Origin: Malacoraja senta | Lineage: Eukaryota | Assembly: GCA_038087875.1 (NCBI GenBank) | Contig: CM075991.1 | Location: 13,580,001 to 13,644,000 of the forward strand | DNA length: 64,000 bases | Reading direction: 5' to 3' | Part shown: piece by piece, positions 50,151 to 61,960 of the stretch | How the letters are laid out: every line of letters begins with the position of its first letter | Position numbering within the stretch: the first letter of the stretch is position 1 | Program-made: the position numbers and the translations under genes | The notes under the pieces: generated by a model | What the model was told of the DNA's origin: nothing | What the model saw: only the letters and a program-made list of their open reading frames with translations | Database searches by the model: none

Positions 50151-51704
50151 TATTGCTGGGGTCAGGGACAGTGAGGTAGGCTGTCAAATATTCAGCAGGA
50201 TATAGATCAGATGCAGAAATGGGTGGAAAAATGGAGGATGGAGTTTAACCCGAGCATGTGTGAGGTGTTGCACTTTGAGAGGCCAAAATGTAAGGAGAAA
50301 ATATACAATCAATGCAATGGCCATAACAGTGTAGATGTACAGAGGGATCTTGGGGTCCAAGTCCATAACACAAGTAGCCTTGCAGGACAGTGACTTGGTG
50401 GACAGTCAAACAGGGAGCAAACACCAGGTGTGTGAAGGAGTGGTGTATGCGACACGACTTTGGTGTCACTGCAGCGTTTTCCATGTAACACGGGGACTAA
50501 GATTGCAAAAGAGCCGAGAGGCCATCTCCGCTCATACTATAACTCAGCACTGGGCAGTGTGCCGTGGCAGAACTAAGTCATTTGAGGGACAGCAGACAAC
50601 AGGTACACCACTGCATGAGGAGAACCCACATGCAGACAAGATCATTTAATGTTATGTTTAGTTTAAATTCTGCTGAATTTGTTTGATTTCAGTAAGTGTG
50701 GATTTTTATTTTCATTTTTGTGTAAATAATTTCATTGCAGATGTCTGTTCATAAAGTAGTATTTATCATGCATCTGCTGGTCTGATTAGTGTAGGTAGAG
50801 CTGCAAAACATAGCCCTTGAATTCATTGCATTGTCTGTTTTATTGTCAGAATGTAGGCTGGTGCCTCATTTGTCAGCTGAATGATAAGAAATACTGGAAA
50901 AACTTCTCTGTGTTTCATTTGCTAATTGACATGTACGGTAAGCCCTATTGCAAACCACTGTTGTTTGCTGTGGTGCTCCATTTATCAAGATGTGTAAAAA
51001 TGGCCTTTATTTATTGAACAAGATGAATAAAGACTGTTTCACATTCACAGTGTGGTTTGTCTTATTTTCTGAGGTTAAATTATTTTATATTTAAAAGGCA
51101 CAGCAAATGATTGTGAGATGTAAGATGTGAGTAGATCGCATCCTCTATTTGGTGTTTCATGATAAAGGAAATAGTACATTAAAGTCGTGATACTATGGAA
51201 TTATATTAAAATGAGAAACGGTGAGAATCAAATGGATTCTTAAAAAGGTGCTTAACTATCACCCACTACAAATTGAAACAATCTCAAACAGGGAAAAAAC
51301 ACCATTAACATACAAATAAGAGTCTACATCAAAAGGTAAACTTTACGACAGACCCATGTCTCTGAGCCTCTCTCTCTCCCTTCATCCAAAGCTGTTTTTG
51401 TTTCACGGAGACAGCGGTCTCCATATTCAGATGCCAATGCAGTTAAGGCTGTTACAGCAGGTGCAGATGTGTGAAAGTGAGTAGGGTTCTCTGGAAAAGA
51501 ATTAGGAAGTACATTTTAAAAGCTTTTTAGCAGACCATAAAAAGGTGCAGTTTGGTTATTCCAGATTTTACTGTAAACTTTATGAAAATGTATGATGTCT
51601 TTTCGGGCAAATCATGGACTATTCTTGCATCACATCACTCAAGGAAGATAATTAGTTTAATGGCCTTATGCGGTTGTGAATGAAAATTATTTAAACTACA
51701 ATCT

Positions 51705-53211
51705 TTTTTAAATATTTTATTTATTAGAAGTAATGTACATTACAGTGATATAAGCCAAAAATAACATAATACATTTCCTGTACCACTTCTTGTTTTAAAC
51801 TTTAAGAAGGAGAAGAATAGAGAGAGTTAGATAAGATAGTAAGTGCGTGAAAGAGTGATCAGGAGAAACCCGTAGAAACGTCAAACACGAGAAAGAGTTA
51901 AAAAGAAAACCAAAGGAAAAGAAAGAGAAAAATAGAAAACAGAAGATATAAGAAAGTAAAATAAGATAAAAGGGATGTACCTACTTCGTATCTTTACACA
52001 CCTCTCACCAGGTCCTGAAACCATTTATTTTCAAAGTTATGTTGCACCCTATGCTTGTAATAAGTCGATAAATGGAGACCAAATCTTTTGGAAATGGTCT
52101 GATTTGCCTGCTAGGAGGAATCTCATGTCTTCCAGGTGTAACATTTCGGACATATTTGAAATCCACATTTTTATCGTTGGTGTGGGAGCGTTTTTCAAGA
52201 ATTTAAGTATGTTTTTTTGCCATTATTAAGCTGTAATTAAGGAAGCTCTTTTGGAACGAAGTCAGCTCAAAGCTGGCTTCCATTGTTCCAAAAATAATCA
52301 ATTCTGCGTTCGGTTTCAGTTTTATTTTAAATAATTTTGTAAAAATTTCAAAGATTTCATTCCAAAATGTTTGGACCTTTATACAAAAAACAAAGGAATG
52401 TGCTATAGTTGCTTCTTGGGATAGACATTTATCACAGATGGGGGAGACATTTGGATAAAATTTACTTATTTTAGTTTTAAAGTAATATAGTCTATGTAAG
52501 GTTGTGAATTGGATTAGAATATGTCTTACATTGATCGAGCATTTGTGCACGTATAACAAGTGTTTATCCCAACTCTCTTTCGAGATTTTTATAGCTAGTT
52601 CTTGTTCCCAATCTCTTCTAATTCTATCGGATGATGGTATTTCTATATTTAGGATGATATTATACAAGTATGATATTAAATTAGTTGATTCCGCCTTTAT
52701 ATTCATTGCTTCGTCTAATAGGTCTGGAGACAAATTTTGATATTCTTGTGTATATTTTTTCAAATAATCACGGATTTGAAAATATTTTAAATATTGATTA
52801 CTTCTCAGATTGTATTTAAGTTGTAGTTGTTGGAATGATAAAAAATTCCATTTTCATACATGTCTCCAAACGTTTTAATTCCTATTCTTTCCCAATGTGT
52901 AAATGATTTATCTATAATGGATGGTTTAAACGACGGATTATTAACTATGGGAGAGAGAAGCGATAGGTTTCTTAATCTTAGGGTTCATTTTATTTGTTTC
53001 CAAATTCTAATTGTACTATGAATAATTGGATTTTTACTGTATATTGTATTATTTAGTTTTATTGGTGAGAGAAAGATCGCTCCTATATTAAAAGGGGAGC
53101 AATCCTCTCTCACCATTACTATCCAATCCACCCGTTGGGCAGAGTTGTCCAACAGGTGAATCACATTTTTGACATTTGCTGCCCAATAATAATACAAAAA
53201 ATTAGGGAGTG
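51705..53211 (-). mobile_element. L1-clade LINE 3' fragment, copy C, 14-bp TSD
   Basis: ORF 52203-52763 with CDKC...TIAHSFVFC..V..FW (CCHC); A-rich tail with AATAAA; TSD at 51691-51704 and 53212-53225. Confidence 0.88.
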
Positions 53212-53869
53212 TTAAACTACAATCTAACACAAAATAATACGCTTTGAATTGTATACCAACACACATTAAATCATTGTGACAATCTCATATGAGAAGTAAC
53301 GATATTGAAGCCAAGCGATAACAGAAGTAGTTATAATTGAAATGGCATATTTACATTCTCGTGGTAGACGATTGCATTAGTCAAGAGAAGTTTTGTGAAT
53401 GCTCACACGTTCCCTGTGGGATTGTTGGTTATCACTGAGGCCACACACTCACAGACTTTAAATACATGGTCGTATTGCGGTGTCGTTTCCCTGCGTGCAT
53501 CACTCATCACTTTTATACCTTTTACAAGGTCAGTGAGCTGAAACATAAGAACCCATGTTAAGAGCGCAATGGTGGATGGATAGATGCATTGGCGAATGAG
53601 AATTGAAATGTGCTGACTTCTAACTCTATGTACTTACAACAGTCAAGTGGTCTTTAAAACCTCTCCCTTCGTCATCCCCTCCAGGTGTGGTGCCGCCACT
53701 GTTGCTCTCCTGCAACATCTGCCTCCTGGAATGCTGGTGGATGGGCCCGGCGAAGAGGTCCCCTCCAGAGGATCATCCACCTCCTGCTCACTGCTCTGTT
53801 GTTGATGCTGGAATCATTTTTACAATGTGTCCAGAGCCTCATGACTGTAACTATGACGTGAGGCAACAG

Positions 53870-54882
53870 ACGGGATGCGAGGATGGTTTGCTGCCTACCA
53901 GGTGTCAGGATCCAGGATGTCACGGACAGAGTGGAGAAAATCCTCAAGAGCGAACGTGAACAGCCGGATGTTGTAGTGCATCTTGGCACAAACGATGTCG
54001 GAAAGAAGGGGATGAATATTCTGAAGCGTGACTTTAGAGAGCTCAGAAAAATGCTGATAAGCAGGACCTCCAGGGTGGTTATCTCCGGTTTGCTTCCAGT
54101 TCCTCGTGCTGGCGAGAGCAGGAACAGGGAGATATGGGCCCTGAATGTGTGGCTGGGGAACTTGTGCAGGGGGCAGGGATTTAGATTTTAGACCACTGGG
54201 ATCTGTTTTGGAGAAGGGGGAACTGTACAAAAGGGACGGATTGCACCTTAACAGGTGGGGGACCAGCATTCTGGCAGGCAGGTTTGTCACTGCTACACAG
54301 GTGGTTTAGAACTAAATAAGGGGGGGGGGGTGTCAAATGGGATAGTCGATGATGGAGTTAAAGGGAAAGGGAGTAAGGAGATAGTTAATGACTCCAGAAT
54401 TAATGTGAAAGGTGAGATGCGTAAGGAATTAAAAGTACTGTATTTGAATGTGTGAAGTATAAGAAGTAAAGTAGATGAGCTTGAGGCTTAGTTAGAGGTT
54501 GGTAGATATGACATTGTAGGGATTACCGAGACGTGGCTGCAGGAGGATCGGGCCTGGGAACTTAATATTCAGGGTTATACATCCTATAGAAAGGACAGGC
54601 AGGTGGGCAGAGGAGGGGGGGTAGCTCTGCTGGTGAGGGTGGGAATTCAGTCCCTTGCGAGGGGAGACATAGGGACTGATGAGGTAGAGTCACTGTGGAT
54701 TGAGTTGTGGAATTGTAAAGGCAAGAAGACACTAATTGGTGTTATTTACAGACCCCCCAAATAGTAGCCCGGATGTAGGGTGTAAGTTGCAGCAGGAGTT
54801 AAAACTGGCATGTAACAAAGGTAATGCCACTGTGGTGATGGGGGGATTTCAATATGCAGGTAGACTGGGAAAATCAGGTTGG
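53870..54882 (+). mobile_element. CR1 fragment (ORF1 esterase end + ORF2 endonuclease start), degenerate
   Basis: ORF 53883-54191 (CLPGVRI, VHLGTND, VISGLLPVP) followed by GITETW and GVIYRPP. Confidence 0.88.
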
Positions 54883-55560
54883 TCCAGGTGTATTTGAGTG
54901 CCAGATGGAAGTTAGTGGTTAAATGGATGAAGTCAGTGTGGGTGCAGGAGGTGGCACCAATGTAGTCGTCGATGTAGCGGAGGTAGAGGTCGGGGATGGG
55001 GCCCTGGTACGTCTCGAACAAGGATTGTTTGACGTACCCTACAAAGAGGCAGGCATAGCTGGGGCCCATACGCGTGCCCATAGCTACGCCTTGTATTTGG
55101 AGTTGATGAAGTCGGTGATGGTGCTGGAGATAGTGGCCTGGTGCTTGTCAGTGGGGTCATGGTCCAGGGGTAAGTAGGAGGAGGTGTCCGAGAGTTGGCG
55201 CGTGGCCTCAGCTTTGTAGAGATCGACGTGCCAGATTACCACGGCACCTCCCTTGTCGGTGGGTTTGATCAGCCTGTCTGGGTTGTTGCGGAGTGAGTCG
55301 ATGGGTGTACGTTCAGGGGGGGAGAGGTTGGAGTGAGACAGGGGAGTGGAGAAGTTGAGGCGGTTGATGTCCCGCTGGCAGTTTTGAATAAAAAGGTCTA
55401 AAGCCGGAAGGCCATGAGGGGGGGTCCAAGAGGAGTGGGGTCCGTTGGAGATGGGAAAAAGGATCAACAATAGGGGGCGAGGACTCCTTCCCATGGAAGA
55501 ACGCAGTGAGGCGGAGGCGACGGTAGAAGAGCTCCAAGTCTGGTGGGCGCGGAACTCATT
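54883..55560 (-). mobile_element. Deleted duplicate of the PLE at 59676-61960
   Basis: MGTRMGPSYACLF, YLRYIDD, KPTDKGGAVV; same right junction GAACTCATTG/AGCTAATGGAAT. Confidence 0.85.
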
Positions 55561-56142
55561 GAGCTAATGGAATGTTGGCCTTCATAACAAGAGGACTTCA
55601 GTATAGGAGTAGAGAGGTTCTTCTGCAGTTGTATAGGGCTCTGGTGAGACCACATCAGGAGTATTGTGTACAGTTTTGGTCTCCTAATTTGAGGAAGGAC
55701 ATCCTTGTGATTGAGGCAGTGCAGCGTAGGTTCACAAGATTGATCCCTGGGATGGCGGGACGGTCATATGAGGAAAGCTTGAAAAAACTAGGCTTGTATT
55801 CACTGGAGTTTAGAAGGATGAGGTGTTATCTTATAGAAACTTATAAAATTATAAAAGGACTGGACAAGCTAGATGCAGGAAAAATGTTCCCAATGTTGGG
55901 CGAGTCCAGAACCAGGGGCCACAGTCTTAGAATAAAGGGGAGGCCATTTAAGACTGAGGTGAGAAGAAACTTTTTCACCCAGAGAGTTGTGAATTTGTGG
56001 AATTCCCTGCCACAGAGGGCAGTGGAGACCAAAACACTGGATGGATTTAAGAGAGAGTTAGATAGAGCTCTAGGGGCTAGTGAAGTCAAGGGATATGGGG
56101 AGAAGGCAGGCACGGGTTATTGATTGGGGACGATCAGCCATG

Positions 56143-56822
56143 AGGGGGGGAAACTTTAAAAAAAATCTATTCCCTGCACGGGAGACCCGACCTTTTCCCT
56201 GTCGGGTCTCCGTTGTCGTTGGGGCCTAGCTCCGTGGAGCGGCCTCCGACCGGGACGACCTGGGGGCTCCAGTCGCGGAGCCTGTGGAGCTGGCCGTCCT
56301 CGGAGCGCAGGGACTCGTTGCTGCTCACTCCGAAGCTCCAGCTGCAGCTGCAGACCCGTGGACTGTGATATCGGGAGCTTGCGGGTCCGGGTGAGAGACC
56401 GCTTTCTGGAGCTCCCGCAACGCAACTTCTCCCGCCCGTGTCGCGGGGTTGGAACGACCCGGAGCGGGGCCGTAAATCGCCCGGCGCGGCTTTAATGGCC
56501 GCGGGATATTCCAGCGCCCGCCGGGGGCTCCAACTTTGTGACTTTTGGACTGGAGCGGGGTCGTACACCGCCCGGCGCGGCCTCAACGGCCGTGGGACTT
56601 AACATTGCCCGCCTGGGGCTTCAACATCGCGAGAAAAATGGTGCAGGGGAGAGAAATGACTTTGCCTTCCATCACAGTGAGGAGGAGATTCACTGTGATG
56701 GATGTTTTTCTGTAAATTGAATTGTTTGTGTGTCGTGTAGGAATTGTTTTGTTTGTATGGCTGTGGAAACGGAGTTTCGTTTGAGCCTCTTTGAGGTTCA
56801 AATGACAAGAAATAAATCAATC
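56143..56822 (+). mobile_element. Unclassified CpG-rich ~680-bp insertion in a CR1 3' UTR
   Basis: Absent from the paralog (62536-62550); internal CGCCCGGCGCGGC repeats, 3' hairpins, AATAAATCAATCA end. Confidence 0.7.
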
Positions 56823-57519
56823 AATGATCACAATGAATGGTGGTGCTGGCTCAAAGGGACGAATGGCCTCCTCCTGCACCTATTTTCTATGTTTCTGCGT
56901 TTCTTAATAAACAGACATGCACTTGCAAGCCATTGAGGCCTTTGCAATTGAAGCCCTGTTTTAATTGCCTGCTTTCTGCATATTTAATGTGGTCCTTCTT
57001 GAAGATAGGATTCACAGTTCAAAACAAACAGCGGACAAACAATACATGAGTTAATTGCCTGTCCTCATGCATATTTACTGTTTGGGCTTTTGGAGACAGG
57101 ATTCAACCGTCAAACACATAACGTGTGAAAGTTGTATGCAACCTTACGTTTCCAGCTGCAAACCAAGTACAAACGTTTTATTTTATGCAAAATAAAAACC
57201 TTTCACATCAGTGAGACTGTCAATTTTATATTTGAAAAGGGAGGGAGAGGGAAAACGGGGAATTACAGACCAGTTAGTCTAACATCGGTAGTGGGAAAAC
57301 TGCAAGAGTCAGTTATTAAAGATGGGATAGCAGCACATTTGGAAAGTGGTGAAATCATTGGACAAAGTCAGCATGGATTTATGAAAGGTAAATCATGTCT
57401 GACGAATCTTATATAATTTTTCGAGGATGTAACTAGTAGCGTGGATAAGGGAGAACCAGTCCAGGAGGATCGGGCCTGAGAACTTGATATTCAGGGTTAT
57501 ACATCCTATAGAAAGGACA

Positions 57520-57596
57520 AGGTACACAAAAATGCTGGAGAAACTCAGCGGGTGCAGCAGCATCTATGGAGCGAAGGAAATAGGTAACGTTTCGGG
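57520..57596 (-). mobile_element. 77-bp PLE terminal insertion with 15-bp TSD
   Basis: CCTATAGAAAGGACA at 57505-57519 and 57597-57611; site is empty at 54583-54597. Confidence 0.88.
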
Positions 57597-59675
57597 CCTA
57601 TAGAAAGGACAGGCAGGTGGGCAGAGGAGGGGGGGTAGCTCTGCTGGTGAGGGAGGGAATTCAGTCCCTTGCGAGGGAAGACATAGGGACTGACGAGGTA
57701 GAGTCACTGTGGATTGAGTTGAGGAATTGTAAAGGCAAGAAGACACTAATTGGTGTTATTTACAGACCACCAAATAGTAGCCGGATGTAGGGTGTAAGTT
57801 GCAGCAGGAGTTAAAACTGGTATGTAACAAAGGTAATGCCACTGTGGTGATGGGGGATTTCAATATGCAGGTAGACTGGGAAAATCAGGTTGGTTCAGGA
57901 CCCTAAGAAAGAGAGTTTGCCTCCGAGATGGATTCTTAGAGCAGCTTGTAATGGAGCCGACCAGAGAAAAGGCAATTCTGGATTTAGTGTTGTCCAATGA
58001 ACCAGATATGATAAGAGAACTCGAGGTAAAGGAACCGCTTGGAGGTAGTGATCATAATATGATTAGTTTTAATCTGCAATTTGAGAAGGAGAAGGTTAAA
58101 TCGGAAGTGTCAGTGATGCAGTTGAACAAAGGGGACTATGAAGGCATGAGAGGGGAGCTGGCCAAAGTAGACTGGAAAGGGATCCTCGTAGGAATGACGG
58201 TGGAACAGCAATGGCAGGAATTTCTGGGCATAATCCGAAGACACAGGATAATTTCATTCCAAAAAGGAAGAAAGATTCTAAGGGGAGTAGGAGGCAACCG
58301 TGGCTGACAAGAGAAGTTAGGGATAGAATAAAACTAAAATAAAAGATGTATAACACAGCAAAGAGTAGCCGGAAGCCAGAGGATTGGGAAACTTTTATAG
58401 GACAACAGAAGGAAACAAAACGGGCAATACGGGCTGAACAGATGAAGTACGAAGGGAAGATGGCCAGGAATATAAAGAAGGACAGTAAAAGCTTCTTTAG
58501 ATATGTTAAGGGAAAAAGAGTAGCAAAGTCAAATGTGGGTCCCTTGAAGGCAGACACGGGTGAAATTATTATGGGCAACAAGGAAATGGCAGAAGAGTTG
58601 AATAGGTACTTCGGATCTGTCTTCACTAAGGAAGACACAAACAATCTCCCAGATGTACTGGAGGACAGAGGATCTAAGGGGGTAGAGGAACTGAAAGAAA
58701 TTGTCATTAGGCGAGAAATAGTATTGGGTAGGCTGATGGGACTGATGGATGATAAATCCCCTGGGCCGGATGGTCTGCATCCCAGGGTCATCAGGGAGGT
58801 GGCTCTAGAAATAGTGGACGCATTGGTGATCATTTTCCAATGTTCAATAGATTAAGGAACAGTTCCTGTGGATTGGAGGATAGCTAATGTTATCCCACTT
58901 TTCAAGAAAGGAGCGGGAGAGAAAACGGGGAATTACAGACCGGTTAGCCTGACTTTGGTGGTGGGAAAGATGCTGGAGTCAATTATTAAAGAGGTAATAA
59001 TGGGGCATTTGGATAGCAGTAAAAGGATTAGTCCAAGTCAACATGGATTTATGAAAGGGAAATCATGCTTGACCAATCTTCTGGAATTGTTTGAGGATGT
59101 GACAAGTAAAATGGATGAAGGGGAGCCAGTGGATGTAGTGTATCTTGACTTTCACAAAGCCTTTGATAAGGCCCGCACGCAAGACTGGTGACTAAAATTA
59201 GAGCACATGGTATTGGGGATAGGGTGTTGACATGGATAGAAAATTGGTTGGCAGACAGGAAACAAAGAGTAGGAGTGAACAGGTCCTTTTCAGAATGGCA
59301 GGCAGTGGCGAGTGGAGTGCCGCAAGGCTCGGTGTTGGGGCCGCAACTGTTTACCATATATATTAATGATTTGGAAGAGAGAATTAGGAGCAACACTAGC
59401 AAGTTGGGTGGCAGTGTGAACTGTGATGAGGATGTTAGGAGGTTGCAGGGTGACCTGGACAGGTTGAGTGAGTGGGCAGATGCGTGGCAGATGCAGTATA
59501 ATACAGATAAATGTGAGGTTATTCACTTTGGCGGCAAAAACAAGGGGGCAGATTATTATCTCAATGAGGTTAGGTCAGAAAAGGGGGAGGTACAGCGAGA
59601 CCTGGGTGTCCTTGTACACCGGTCACTGAAAGTTGGCGTGCAGGTACAGCAGGCAGTGAATAAAGCTAATGGAAT

Positions 59676-61960
59676 ATAGACAAAAGTGCTGGAGAAACTC
59701 AGCGGGTGCAGCAGCATCTATGGTGCGAAGGAAATAGGCAACGTTTCAGGCCGAAACCCTTCTTCAGACGGATGTAGGATGGGGGTGGAGGGGGGGAGGG
59801 GTGGGGAGAAGAAAGGAGAAAGGAAGAGGAGGAGCCCGAGGGCTGAGCGAGAGCTGAGAAGGGGAGGAGACAGCAAGGGCTACCGGATATTGGAGAAGTC
59901 AATGTTCATGCCACTAGGGTGCAAACTGCCCAAGCGGAATATGAGGTGCTGCTCCTCCAATTTCCGGTGGGCCTCACTCTGGCCATGGAGGAGGCACAGG
60001 GCAGAAAGGTCAGATTTGGAATGGGAGGGGGAGATGAAGTGCTGAGCCACCGGGAGGTCAGGTTGGTTAATGCGGACCGACCGGAGGTGTTCGGCGAAAC
60101 GATCGCCAAGTCTACGCTTGGTCTCACCGATGTAGATCAGCTGACATCTAGACCAGCGGATGCAATAGATGAGGTTGGATGAGATGCAGGTGAACCTCTG
60201 TCGCACCTGGAACGACTGCTTGGGTCCTTGGATGGAGTCAAGGGGGGAGGTAAAGCGACAAGTGTAGCATCTCTTGCGGTTGCAAGGGAAAGTGCCCGGA
60301 GAGGGGGTAGTACGGGAGGGAAGGGAAGAATTGACGAGGGAGTTACGGAGGGAACGGTCTTTGCGGAAAGCAGACAGGGGGGTGATGGGAAGATGTGGCC
60401 AGTGGTGGGGTCACGTTGGAGGTGGCAAAAATGTCGGAGGACTATTTGTTGTATGTGACGGCTAGTGGGGTGAAAGGTGAGGACTAGGGGGACTCTGCCC
60501 TTGTTGTGAGTTGGGGGATGGGGAGAGAGAGCAGTGTTACGGGGTATAGAAGAGACCCTGGTGAGAGCCTCATATAGTAGGGGAGGGGAACCCCCGTTCC
60601 CTGAAGAATGAGGACATCTCCGATGCCCTGGTGTGGAACACCTCATCCTGGGAGCAGATGCAGCGTAGACGGAGGAATTGGGAATAGGGGATGGAGTCCT
60701 TACAGGAAGCAGGGTGGGAAGAAGTGTGGTCTAGATACCCATAGGGAGTCAGTGGGTTTATAGTGGATGTCGGTCAAAAGTCTATCACCTGCGATGGAGA
60801 TAGTGAGGTCAAGGAATGGTAGGGAAGTGTCGGAAATGGTCCAGGTGTATTTGAGTGCCAAATGGAAGTTAGTGGTGAAATGGATGAAGTCAGTCAGTTG
60901 TGTGTGGGTGCAGGAGGTAGCACAATGCAGTCGTCGATGTAGCGAGGTAGAGGTCGGGGATGGGGCCCTGGTACGTATCGAACAAGGATTGTTCGACGTA
61001 CCCTACAAAGAGGCAGGCGTAGCTGGGGCCCATGTGCGTGCCCATAGCTACACCTTGTATTTGGAGGAAATGGGAGGAGTCAAACGAGAAGTTATTAAGG
61101 GTAAGGACCAGCTCCGCTAGGCGGAGGAGAGTATCTGTAGACGGGGATTGGTTGGTTCTCCGGTCGAGGAAGAACCGGAGGGCTTTGAGACCATCCTGGT
61201 GGGGGATGGAGGTGTAGAGTGACTGGACGTCCATGGTGAAGATGAGGGGATGGGGCCTAGAGAATGGAATGCCCGGAGATGACGGAGAGTGTTTGAGGTG
61301 TCTTGAACATAGGTAGGGAGGGATTTAACCAGGGGGATAAGATGGAGTCGAGGTATGTGGAGTTGAGTTCGGTAGGGCACGAACAGGCAGAGACAATGGG
61401 TCTGCCGGGACAGTCAGGTTTGTGGATTTTGGGGAGAAGGTAAAATCGGGCCGTGCGGGCTGGGGAACGATGAGGTTGGAGACTTGGTCGGGCAGGGAGT
61501 CGGATTTGATGAAGTCAGTGATGGTGCTGGAGATAGTGGCCTGGTGCTCGTCAGTGGGGTCATGGTCCAGGGGTAAGTAGGAGGAGGTGTCCGAGAGTTG
61601 GCGCATGGCCTCAGCTTTGTAGAGATCGACGCGCCAGACTACCACGGCACCTCCCTTGTCGGTGGGTTTGATCAGCCTGTTTGGGTTGTTGCGGAGTGAG
61701 TCGATGGCTGTACGTTCAGGGGGGAGAGGTTGGAGTGAGACAGGGGAGTGGAGAAGTTGAGGGGGTTGATGTCCCGCTGGCAGTTTTAAATAAAAAGGTC
61801 TAAAGCCGGAAGGCCATGAGGGGGGGGGTCCAAGAGGGGGTCCGTTGGAGACGGGAAAAGGGGTCAACAAAAAGGGTGAGGACTCCTTCCCATGGAAGAA
61901 CGCAGTGAGGCGGAGGCGACGGTAGAAGAGCTCCAAGTCTGGTGGGCGCGGAACTCATTG
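59676..61960 (-). mobile_element. Penelope-like element (RT + GIY-YIG), 5'-truncated and frameshifted, 12-bp TSD
   Basis: KPTDKGGAVVV, MDVQSLYTSIP, QGVAMGT.MGPSYA, YIGETKRRLGDRFAEH; AGCTAATGGAAT at 59664-59675 and 61961-61972. Confidence 0.92.
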
